Below are positions 33,265 through 44,341 of a stretch of DNA of 64,000 nt, piece after piece; positions within the stretch are counted from its first letter, which is position 1; every line of letters starts with the position of its first letter. The position numbers were made by a program, and so were the translations under genes. The stretch is from Macrostomum lignano (lineage: Eukaryota), in assembly GCA_002269645.1 (NCBI GenBank), contig NIVC01000177.1, forward strand, positions 380,134 through 444,133, in the 5' to 3' direction. The notes below the pieces were generated by a model. That model was not told the origin of the DNA and did no database searches. It saw only the letters and a program-made list of their open reading frames with translations.

Positions 33265-33515
33265 TTGAACAACAGGGATGCCACCTGTTCAAAAGGGATG
33301 TCACCTGTTCATTAGGGATGTCACCTGTTCAACAGGGATGCCACCTGTTCAACAGGGATGCCACCTGTTCAACAGGGATGCCACCTGTTCAACAGGGATG
33401 TCACCTGTTCAACAGGGATGCCACCTGTTCAACAGGGATGTCACCTGTTCAATAGAAAGGGATGTCACCTGTTCAACAGGGATGTCACCTGTTCAACAGG
33501 GATGCCACCTGCTCA
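33265..33515. repeat. 20-bp tandem repeat in which each unit is a hairpin (aacagg-7nt-cctgtt), just 3' of the GlyR/GluCl-like stop codon
   Basis: aacagggatgccacctgttc, about 11 copies. Confidence 0.9.
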
Positions 33516-33533
33516 ATGTCAAATGTTCAGCAG

Positions 33534-36500
33534 CTAGGCGCCACCTCCACAATGGTCCCTCCCCCTAGTGTAGTAGGCCCAGTAGACAGCTTGGAACAGC
33601 GCATAAACTGTGGGAAAAATGAACCGACTCCAATAATCCAAACTTCGAGGCGTCCAACAGTTGCGGCGTTGACCTTCTTCTGGTTCAAGTCGATTTTCTG
33701 GCGACTGGCCCATTTCCAGAGCGACTGCAGCTTCTTCATTGAATTTGTTGCCGAGTTCCACCGGGGAATTCTGGGCTTCTGTCGCGTTCCTGTCTGCAGT
33801 GTTAGATACGAGTTTCAGAGCTGTTAGATACAAGTGTCGGAGCTGTTAGATTCGAGTATCGGAGCTGTTAGATTCGAGTATCGGAGCTGTTAGATTCGAG
33901 TATCGGAGCTGTTAGATACAAGTGTCGGAGTTGTTAGATTCGAGTATCGGAGCTGTTAGATTCGACTGTCGGAGCTGTTAGATTCGAGTATCGGAGCTGT
34001 TAGATTCGAGTATCGGAGCTGTTAGATACAATTGTCATAGCTGTTAGATACAAGTTTCAGAGCTGTTAGATACGAGTGTCGGAGCTGTTAGATTCGAGTA
34101 TCGGAGCTGTTAGATTCGAGTATCGGAGCTGTTAGATTCGAGTATCGGAGCTGTTAGATACGAGTGTTGGAGCTGTTAGATACGATAGTCATAGCTGTTA
34201 GATACAAGTTTCAGAGCTGTTAGATATGAGTGTCGGACCTGTTAGATATGAGTGTCGGACCTGTTAGATATGAGTGTCGGAGCTGTTAGATACGAGTGTC
34301 GGAGCTGTTAAATACGAGTGTCGGACCTGTTAGATATGAGTGTCGGAGCTGTTAGATACGAGTGTCGGACCTGCTAGATATGAGTGTCGGACCTGTTAGA
34401 TATGAGTGTCGGACCTGTTAGATATGAGTGTCGGAGCTGTTAGATACGAGTGTCGGACCTGTTAGATATGAGTGTCGGAGCTGTTAGATATGAGTGTCGG
34501 ACCTGTTAGATACGAGTGTCGGAGCTGTTAGATATGAGTGTCGGAGCTGTTAGGTACGAGCGTCAGCTATCAGACAGTTATGTCAGCCGCACCCACCTCC
34601 TTGTCTCGGACGCCGCCTACTGAACCGGCCGCCGTCCAGTCCCGGCTTGTCGCGCTGCCTGGCCAAGAAGCTGGCTGCGGCAAACTCCAACAGAGCGGCG
34701 ATGACGAACATGAGGCTGGCCATCATGAACAGGTCGATGGCCTTGGCGTAGCTCACTCTGGGCATGCCGGTCATCTGGGCGCCGGCGTTCTGCGTGACCA
34801 CGGCCAGCACAGTCAGGAAGGATATGGTCACCCGGGCTGGGGTGGCCCTGGCATCGATCCAGAATCCAGCCCAGCTGATGCACACCATTAGGGTGAACGG
34901 GGCGTAGGTGTTCATCAGGTAGAAACCGAATGATCGGCGCATGCGGATGTTCGCCTGCGGGCCGAAAGAATGTTCGTGTCCTGTTAGATAGGCTACTGTT
35001 TGTTAGATAATGTAGCCGTTACTACCAATTATTAGATATTATTATGGGCCTATTTTTATCAATGGCGTTCCTGTTCGATGTTTGGCTCTTCCTGTTTTTT
35101 TTTTTTTGAAGCAGGGGGGTTGTGTGCACCCTGGCGCACTTTAAGCGACATAGGCACACAACCGGCGAGAGGCATTACTGCCCATTCCGCCGACTCCCCT
35201 GAGCAGGCATACAAGCGCGCGGATACGTACGCAGGCACACACTCACACAGGAGTGTACAGCGGCCCTAACTTTATATTATCGTTAGGCATGTACACTTCA
35301 CTGCGCCTTGGGGCGTTGGCTCTCAAGGCCGTTAATTGCACGAGCAGAGCCAAGCCGAGATTCCAATTCAGCCCCAAATTAATGTGACTGCACTTGGAAT
35401 CGAGCCTGGGTCGCTGGCACACCAGAGCAGCTGCGCTATCGCTGGGCTACGGCCCCCCTGGCTCTTCCTGTTAGATATATGGGTGTTCCTGCTAGGTATG
35501 CGGGTGTTCCTATTACGTATGCAGATGTTCCTGTTAGATCATAGTCTGCTCCTGTTAGACATGCGGGTTATCCTGTTAGACATGCGGGTTTCCTGTTAGA
35601 TATTTGACAGTTTCTGTTAGACCAGGGCCTCTTCCTGTTAGATATGTGGGTTTCCTGATATTCGCTTGTTCCTGTTAGATATTTGGGGCTGTTCCTGTTA
35701 GATATTCGGCTGTTCCTGTTAGACCAGAGCCTATTCGTGTTATCTCATAACTCACCCATAAAATACAATGGATCTGTAACACGTTAGATATGCATGCAAT
35801 TCGGGACAGTCAGAAGCTTAGTTTATATTTTCACTTCGAAAAAATCTTTTTACGTCTCAAATGTCGTCCTTTCTACTTACAGTAATAAAACTGATAATTA
35901 ATTATTTAGCAACATTAAAACCCCACAGCTTCCATCTTGATTTGAAGTTTCCCGTTCCTTAAAGGCAGCTATGTACATTTATGTACATAGTACACTATGT
36001 AACTATACGAATGTACATTTATGCTATTACAGTGATTTCTCCAGGGACTCGACTCTGCTGCTCAGCTGATCATAATAAAATTCGAATCTTAGACCAACCC
36101 TGAGACAAGCGAATTCCCCAGTGACTGAGAAACTCTTAGTGCAGTTTTTCACTGAGATGCTCGGCTCGGAGAACTCGGGTATCTGCATGGCGTCCTCCTC
36201 AAGGGTGACATTCGTGGTGAACCAGTGGAATCGAACTTCGTTCACCGAACTGCCGTAGGCTCCCATCTCTATACGGCAGGTCTGACAGTCCAAGGGGAAG
36301 TCGCGAAGGTCCATCATGCACCACAGGCGTACTTTCAGCTTCTGGAATTGGATAGGGTGGGGTGGATTCTGTCATTGCCTCCCCATCTCCTCTCCCCATC
36401 TCTCCCCATCTCCTCTCCCCATCTCCTCTCCCCATCTCCTCTCCCCATCTTCTCTCCCCATCTCCTCTCCATCTCCTCGCCATCTCCTCTCCATCTCCTC

Positions 36501-39500
36501 TCCCATCTCCTCTCCATCTCCTCTCCCCATCTCCTCTCCATCTCCTCTCCCCATCTCCTCTCCATCTTCTCTCCCCATCTCCTCTCCATCTCCTCTCCCC
36601 ATCTCCTCTCCATCTCCTCTCCCCATCTCCTCTCCCCATCTCCTCTCCCCATTTCCTCTCCATCTCCTCTCCATCTCCTCTCCATCTCCTCTCCATCTCC
36701 TCTCCATCTCCTCTCCCCATCTCCTCTCCATCTCCTCTCCCCATCTCCTCTCCCCATCTCCTCTCCCCATTTCCTCTCCATCTCCTCTCCATCTCCTCTC
36801 CATCTCCTCTCCATCTCCTCTCCCCATCTCCTCTCCCCATTTCCTCTCCATCTCCTCTCCATCTCCTCTCCATCTCCTCTCCATCTCCTCTCCATCTCCT
36901 CTCCCCATCTCCTCTCCATCTCCTCTCCCCATCTCCTCTCCCCATCTCCTCTCCCCATCTCCTCTCCCCATTTCCTCTCCATCTCCTCTCCATCTCCTCT
37001 CCATCTCCTCTCCATCTCCTCTCCCCATCTCCTCTCCCCATCTCCTCTCCCCATCTCCTCTCCCCATTTCCTCTCCATCTCCTCTCCATCTCCTCTCCAT
37101 CTCCTCTCCCCATCTCCTCTCCATCTCCTCTCCCCATCTCCTCTCCCCATTTCCTCTCCATCTCCTCTCCATCTCCTCTCCATCTCCTCTCCCCATCTCC
37201 TCTCCCCATCTCCTCTCCCCATCTCCTCTCCCCATCTCCTCTCCCCATTTCCTCTCCATCTCCTCTCCATCTCCTCTCCATCTCCTCTCCCCATCTCCTC
37301 TCCCCATCTCCTCTCCCCATTTCCTCTCCATCTCCTCTCCATCTCCTCTCCATCTCCTCTCCCCATCTCCTCTCCCCATCTCCTCTCCCCATTTCCTCTC
37401 CATCTCCTCTCCATCTCCTCTCCATCTCCTCTCCCCATCTCCTCTCCCCATCTCCTCTCCATCTCCTCTCCCCATCTCCTCTCCCCATCTCCTCTCCCCA
37501 TTTCCTCTCCATCTCCTCTCCATCTCCTCTCCATCTCCTCTCCCCATCTCCTCTCCCCATCTCCTCTCCCCATCTCCTCTCCCCATCTCCTCTCCCCATT
37601 TCCTCTCCATCTCCTCTCCATCTCCTCTCCATCTCCTCTCCATCTCCTCTCCATCTCCTCTCCCCATCTCCTCTCCATCTTCTCTCCCCATCTCCTCTCC
37701 ATCTCCTCTCCCCATCTCCTCTCCATCTCCTCTCCCATCTCCTCTCCCCATCTCCTCTCCCCATTTCCTCTCCATCTCCTCTCCATCTCCTCTCCATCTC
37801 CTCTCCCCATCTCCTCTCCATCTCCTCTCTCCATCTCCTCTCCCCATCTCCTCTCCATCTCCTCTCCCCATCTCCTCTCCCCATCTCCTCTCCCCATCTC
37901 CTCTCCCCATTTCCTCTCCATCTCCTCTCCATCTCCTCTCCATCTCCTCTCCATCTCCTCTCCCCATCTCCTCTCCCATCTCCTCTCCCCATCTCCTCTC
38001 CCCATTTCCTCTCCATCTCCTCTCCATCTCCTCTCCATCTCCTCTCCCCATCTCCTCTCCATCTCCTCTCCCCATCTCCTCTCCCCATCTCCTCTCCCCA
38101 TTTCCTCTCCATCTCCTCTCCATCTCCTCTCCATCTCCTCTCCCCATCTCCTCTCCCCATCTCCTCTCCCCATCTCCTCTCCCCATCTCCTCTCCCCATT
38201 TCCTCTCCATCTCCTCTCCATCTCCTCTCCATCTCCTCTCCCCATCTCCTCTCCATCTCCTCTCCCCATCTCCTCTCCCCATCTCCTCTCCCCATTTCCT
38301 CTCCATTTCCTCTCCATCTCCTCTCCATCTCCTCTCCCCATCTCCTCTCCCCATCTCCTCTCCCCATCTCCTCTCCCCATTTCCTCTCCATCTCCTCTCC
38401 ATCTCCTCTCCATCTCCTCTCCATCTCCTCTCCATCTCCTCTCCATCTCCTCTCCCCATCTCCTCTCCATCTTCTCTCCCCATCTCCTCTCCATCTCCTC
38501 TCCCCATCTCCTCTCCATCTCCTCTCCCCATCTCCTCTCCCCATCTCCTCTCCCCATTTCCTCTCCATCTCCTCTCCATCTCCTCTCCATCTCCTCTCCC
38601 CATCTCCTCTCCATCTCCTCTCTCCATCTCCTCTCCCCATCTCCTCTCCATCTCCTCTCCCCATCTCCTCTCCATCTCCTCTCCATCTCCTCTCCATCTC
38701 CTCTCCATCTCCTCTCTCCATCTTCTCTCCCTATCTCCTCTCTCCATCTCCTCTCCCCATCTTCCCTCCCCATCTCCTCTCCCCATCTCCTCTCCCCATC
38801 TCCTCTCCCCATCTTCTCTCCCCATCTCCTCTCCTCATCTTCTCTCCCCATCTTCTCTCCCCATCTCCTCTCCTCATCTTCTCTCCCCATCTCCTCTCCT
38901 CATCTTCTCTCCCCATCTCCTCTACATCTCTTCTCCGTTTATTTTCTCCTTCTCACCTCTTCCCCGCCCCTTTATCATCTCCTATCCTATCTTCCCTATT
39001 TATCATTTTATCCTAAATCTCCAAAAAATTCTCATTTCCGCTCCCTCTTGTCTCTTCTTGTCCTCTCCTCTTTCGCCTGCCTCTTGCTTTACTAATACCG
39101 CACTTGTTTCTTGTTTCTTCCCTGTTTCGCTACTCTTTTGAAAAGAATTCATCGATGCATAACCGCCGAGACGGAGGCAGTTTTGTAAAGTTGGAACAAA
39201 TTTTCTTTCTAAAGTATTATCTGGCTGCAAGACGTTATCTGCCTGGCTTTGAGTCACCCGTGCCTCAGCTGGCCCAGCATGCCGGCCTCGGCTATTAATT
39301 ATTGAGCAAAATTGATGAAGCTGAGTGCACTTGAGCTTTACTAATGCTTTGGCGCTTCTCCCTGCCGTGCCTCTCTGTTTTTTGGCTGCTGGGCCCAGGC
39401 TGCTGTCACGCATGATTTACCTTGATGTGATCCATCTATTGTACATTCATTCATGACCTTATCCATATCCATGTCTATTATTCATTTACACTCTGTGTGT

Positions 39501-41155
39501 CTATATCCTACTCTTCCTACCTTGCTATCTACCTACCTACCTACCTACCTACCTACCTACCTACCTACTTCCCTACCTAACAAACTACCTATCTACCTAC
39601 CTATCTGCCTACCAATACCTACCTACCTACCAACCTACCCTTCTCTACCTACCTACCTATACCTATCTACGTATCTCCCTGCCTACCTTACCTACTCTAT
39701 CTGCCTACCAAGAAACCTTCACACCTACCTACTTTTCTATCTAGCAACCTACCTACTTACCTACCTATCTACCTACTTATCTATCTACCTACCCACCCAC
39801 TTGTGACTGTGGTACATCTGTTCACTATCTCGCTGCAAAGTTTCCTCAAGCCACGCAGCGAAATTTTTTTCTTTTTGCATTCCCTCTAACGAGCGGGAGC
39901 CCCAGTTTGTGTTTTTTCTTCATCCCGGATGCGACTAACTAGCGCCGTTGCTGACAGACTTTTCTCTTGTCCAGCAGCTAAATGAGATTGGGAATTTGAT
40001 CCTACTGTGGGAGACAGGATCTGGCAGTGCTGAGACGGAAGCAGGCTGGGGCCCAGTGTGTGTTTTCTATCTTTCCTTTTTTTGCAATATTCTTCTTTCA
40101 TTATCGGGAGAACTCTGTCTGTATTTCTTTGAGACGCAGGAAAACTCTGTTTATCCCATGATGGGATAGCTCCTCTCTCCTCGTGGTCTGCAATAACCGG
40201 CGCTCGCAAGCCTTACAAGTGAAATTTGGTTGATAATGGAAGGAGTGCAGCCTATAATGGAAAGTATGTTATGGCAAGAAGCCCTGAGAATGAGGAAGTT
40301 AATTCCAAGTTTTGAATGGCACAATTTCTGCTTTGTTGAGGTGTAAACTTTAGCAGTATTAGCGATGAGCTGAGCTCAGACCTGTGCAGAAAATAGGAAA
40401 GTATGAATTTTATAGCTCTTGAAATTCAACAACTCCCTTATTCGCCAGTGTACCAACTGCACTATTAGCCATGCAGTGTACCAACTGCACTATTAGCCAG
40501 TGTACCAACTGCACTATTAGCCAGTGTACCAACTGCACTATTAGCCAGTGTACCAACTGCACTATTAGCCAGTGTACCAACTGCACTATTAGCCAGTGTA
40601 GCAACTGCACTATTAGCCAGTGTACCAACTGCACTATTAGCCAGTGTACCAACTAACTTAACCAACTAAATTAACGCATACCTGAGAAAAGTAGATCTTC
40701 CCCGAAGGCTGAAGCTTGACCAGAATATTTGGGACTGGGTCGGCGTGCTTCTCCACCTGTTTAGCATTGCGAAAGAAGATGTCCGGCAGCCATAGTTGAT
40801 CTTTCATTGTGTGCAAACTGATTGCCGCGTCTGGCTTTGTGGATTTGTACACAAGACGCTGATCTTTCCAGATCATTCTTAAATAAATATTAACGGTGAA
40901 GTCCATATTCTGTACGCTCATCGTGCTGAAGGACACGATGTGCAAGTTGACCATCACGTCAGTGCTGTGTCGCGTTGGCGGCCTGTGGTTCTTGTTGTAC
41001 CGCTTTGGATCCAGCAGTTTGCTGACAAGTCGCTCTTCCAATATGCCTGCAGCTAGGGAGGTGTTTGAGTAGTTCTGACAGTCGGTTCCATCTGGACCCG
41101 AGGCGTTTACACCCTGGCTTAGTTTTAGTATTGTAAGAAGGAGCAGTAGCCACAT
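33534..41155 (-). CDS. Cys-loop ligand-gated anion channel subunit, glycine-receptor/GluCl-like. Exons 41155-40682, 36341-36099, 34954-34597, 33793-33534
   Basis: Signal peptide MWLLLLLTILKLSQG, LLDPKRYNKNHRP, LWLPDIFFRN, Cys-loop CMMDLRDFPLDCQTC, second Cys pair in loop C (NCTKSFSVTGEFACL) as in GlyR/GluCl, M2 TPARVT, M3 YAKAIDLFM, M4 LDYWSRFIFP. Intron phases 0,0,1 are consistent. Confidence 0.9.
33798..34555. repeat. 22-bp minisatellite filling intron 3 of the GlyR/GluCl-like gene
   Basis: gagctgttagatacgagtgtcg; the sense (minus) strand carries CTAACAG in each unit. Confidence 0.92.
35218..35457 (-). mobile_element. tRNA-derived SINE-like element in intron 2 of the GlyR/GluCl-like gene
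   Basis: The minus strand starts GGGGGCCGTAGCCCAGCGATAGCGC (A-box-like) and continues ...CCCAGGCTCGATTCC (B-box-like). A second copy lies at 32.4-32.6 kb. Confidence 0.65.
36378..38930. repeat. ~2.5-kb polypyrimidine/polypurine satellite (catctcctctcc[cc])n in intron 1 of the GlyR/GluCl-like gene
   Basis: Source of the 800-950-aa spurious ORFs on both strands. Confidence 0.97.
39404..39800 (+). repeat. Dispersed element: unique head followed by a (TACC)n tail, copy A
   Basis: gtcacgcatgatttaccttgatgtgatccatc...atgaccttatccatatccatg also occurs at 41386. Confidence 0.7.
40443..40655. repeat. 24-bp minisatellite gccagtgtaccaactgcactatta next to the exon 1 donor
   Basis: About 8-9 copies. Confidence 0.92.
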
Positions 41156-41385
41156 CTCTGTAGAGTGCTTAACAATGCGAGGTGATAGTAAGAAAAAAGT
41201 TTTATGATAAAGTTTCCAGATAAGAATTTATTTATTATAATCTATCTAGTCTGTAGTTGCGTTCCGATTGGCTGATTGCCAACTTTTTGAGCGCGTATTT
41301 TGTCTACACTACTTGCAGTAGTTTTTTAATGCTATACATCAAAACCTTTCCCGTGTCTGTGCCCGAGCCTAGGGTAGCTCGTACT

Positions 41386-41685
41386 GTCACACATGATTTA
41401 CCTTGGTGTGATCCATCAACATGTATGACCTTATCCATATCCATGCCTATATTGATATGCACGATATGTATGTAAACACATTGATATGTGTCTACATATA
41501 TATCTTCATACTTGCATATCTATCTACCTACCTGTCTTACTTACCTATCAACCTACCTTCACACCTATCTACCTACCTACATGTACCTACCTACCTACCT
41601 ACCTACCTACCTACCTACCTACCTACCTACCTACCTACCTACCTACCTACCTATCTATTTACCTATCTATCTATCTACCTATTTT
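41386..41685 (+). repeat. Dispersed element: unique head followed by a (TACC)n tail, copy B
   Basis: gtcacacatgatttaccttggtgtgatccatc...atgaccttatccatatccatg, then (tacc)n. Confidence 0.7.
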
Positions 41686-41983
41686 AGGATAAAAAATTAC
41701 CTGCGAAGTTTTAACAAACTAAAAATATTTGAGACCGGGGATGTGACATCAAACTTGACAATCTCCTGAGAGCGTGACCCATATTTCATACTGAACTCCC
41801 TCAGAGGCACAGCAGGCGGCGGACCAGGCGACAAAGAATGTCGGTGCTGCAGTCTCAGCCAACACAAGCGCTAGCAGCGACTCGGGTCTGACGGCCTCAG
41901 ACGGCCCGGACGAACTGCCGCATCAGCAGGTGCAAATCCGACGTGGTCGAGGCGACAGCGGCATAGTTGACAACATCGTTGCC

Positions 41984-44341
41984 ATGGAGAAAACTGATGA
42001 CGCTGATGCGGCGGCCTCGGAATTGGATCTGGTGGCCAGTGCGATGTGTCAAAACTTTGCCAGCCCGGTGCCGCTGGTTGCTAAGGACGCAAAACTGCAT
42101 CTATCTAAACCGGTTGCTAAGGACGCCAATAATAGTTCGGCTCCATTGCTAACTGCACAATTTATCGACGCTCGTCTGCGCGTCCTTAGCAACGCGCCTG
42201 ACAACGCCGCCCTCCTGTTAGCTGACGGCGACGCCGATATTTTAATTAAACGTCTCTATTCGTTGTTAAGCAACGGCGAGCAGGGCGGCACAGATGCCGG
42301 TCAGCTGATCGGCCATCTGCAGCTCATCGGGCGGCTCCTGCTGTCGCCTCAGCGCGCCGAGCCGCTCTGTCGCAACGGACGCCTCTACGAAGCCCTCGCC
42401 GACCTGTACGAGCGACAGGCCGAGGCTGGCGTCGAGATTCGCGTCCGCTGCGTCCTGGCGCTGGCATCGGCTCGCGGCGCTAACAACAACAGCGTCTCCA
42501 TGGCAACTACAGATCTGCGATTGGCTCCGTTACTAGTGGACGACGCGGTGGCTTCTGACCGGGTGAGGCCGCACGCCCTGCGGCTGCTGAACCAGCTGGG
42601 GCCCGCCTGCCACCCGCTGCTCACCGGCCGCCTGTCCGCCTTGCTGGCTCGGCTGCGTCGCCTTGGCAGCAGCGACTCGACAGCATCCAGCGCTGACGAT
42701 GTAGGATTCTGCCTGATTGCCGAACTGCTGGCTAAATTGATTAACGATCCGAAGTGCCGCTCAGTGGCCTACTCGCCGAGCACACTGGTCGCTTCTATTG
42801 GCGAATTTTCTACGCCGTCGACTCGTCGACTTAGACGCGATGTTGCCATGCGGATGGCCTGGCTGGAGCTGCTCGGCGCGCTGGCTTGCGAGGCGAGCCG
42901 CGCCGAACTGGCCTCGATCTGGTGGCCAACATTGTCTAGCGGCGGCGGCTGCGACAGTAAAGCTGGGAAAACTGCTGCTAGGGGTGGCGACTTTGTCGCT
43001 TTGGCTGGTCGACCGGCGCCCCTGGCTGCGGCTGTTCGAGTAAGTTTGAGAGAGAGAAAAAAAATTCTTGTGCTTTACTATGAGTAGCTGTCAGGTGCTG
43101 AGTAGCCAATTCGGCAGATGTCCGTAAGTTACAAGCAGAAATTGTAGTCAAATTCAAATAGCCATATGTGACTGCTTACGCTCGTAACTTCAAACTGCAG
43201 TCACCTTAGCCAATGGCAATACTTTAGTGCTCTACGATGGGCAAGACAAGCCTAATGAACTTTAATAATCCAAATCCTGTGTGTGTGCATAGCGACCAAG
43301 CGAAAAAGGGGGTGGTGCTTCAGCCCCAGCCAGGCCAATAAACAGTTTGGCTTTCCTTTTGCCCGCTTGTCAGACTTTGACCTCTCTCCTTATTAGTCTC
43401 TCATTGGCTGATCTAGATTGGGCCTGTCCCCTAGGCTCAGTTTCGTCCGTCTGACTTTAACCCTCTCTTCTTACTGCTCTCTCATTGGCTGAGCTAGATT
43501 GGGCCTGTCCCCTAGGCGCAGTTGCGTCCGTCTGACTTTGACCCTCTCTCCTTACTGCTCTCTCATTGGCTGAGCTAGATTGGGCCTGTCCCCTAGGCGC
43601 AGTTGCGTCCGTCTGACTTTGACCCTCTCTCCTTACTGCTCTCTCATTGGCTGAGCCAGATTGGGCCTGTCCCCTAGGCTCAGTTTCGTCCGTCTTGCGC
43701 TTACTTGTGTACACCGAGTTAAACGCTTGTTGTCATTGTTTACCCCATACGCTTCTGAGGCCGCAAATCCCGAGGAAAGAATAGAAATTTTAGTGTCATA
43801 TTAAATTTAAGTGAAACTGCGCTGAAAAACTACTGAAAAAAGTAGACGCTTCACTTTTTTCACGACTTTAATTGCGAGTGGCTATTCCAGTATCTGTGGT
43901 AGGAACAGATACTCTACTTGGAGTAAAAATAGTCGTTGAGTTATGGGTATGAAATTTCTAATTTATAATAAAATCAGCGAATTCCGCAGTGCAACTTATA
44001 GTAAAAAGAAATACGATAATACTCAAGATTAGCATATATTGTACGAGTGTAGTATGTCTGTCAATATGTTTACTCATGTAAATTTGGAAATCAATACGAG
44101 CCGTATTGATAGTTTATAATATCTTCAGTAGAATGGCAAAATTTTCATAGTGACACTGTGATTAATCATTAACCAGGCCCAGATGTCCGAGATCTACAAG
44201 CAGGTGAAAAAAATGGCAAACGGTATGAAATCGTCAGAGAAGAAAAGTCAGCCAGGTCAGCGTCTGCTTGCGGTCAAGAAGGAACTGAAATTGCTGAAAC
44301 AGCTGGCCAAGCACAAGCCGAAGCCGGCAAAGAAAAAGTGA
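41984..44341 (+). CDS. Uncharacterised Leu/Ala-rich alpha-helical (ARM/HEAT-like) protein with a Lys-rich C-terminus. Exons 41984 (frame open from an acceptor at 41805)-43039 and 44177-44341
   Basis: More than 1 kb of GC-rich open frame, donor cga|gtaagt at 43039/43040, and phase-0 acceptor aaccag|gcc at 44177 reading AQMSEIYKQVKKM...KPKPAKKK*. The fold assignment is only from the amphipathic Leu pattern. Confidence 0.6.
43370..43695. repeat. 81-bp tandem repeat, about 4 copies, intronic
   Basis: tcattggctg recurs at 43401, 43482, 43563 and 43644. Confidence 0.9.

Noticed and set aside
35395-35457. Functional tRNA gene
   Set aside because: Acceptor and anticodon stems do not pair properly, and it continues into a body shared with a second copy, so it is better read as a SINE head.
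36199-39141. Six ORFs of 817-956 aa (SPSPLPISS / GEEMERRW)
   Set aside because: Translations of a CT-rich satellite inside intron 1 of the anion-channel gene, open in all frames simply because the unit lacks stops.
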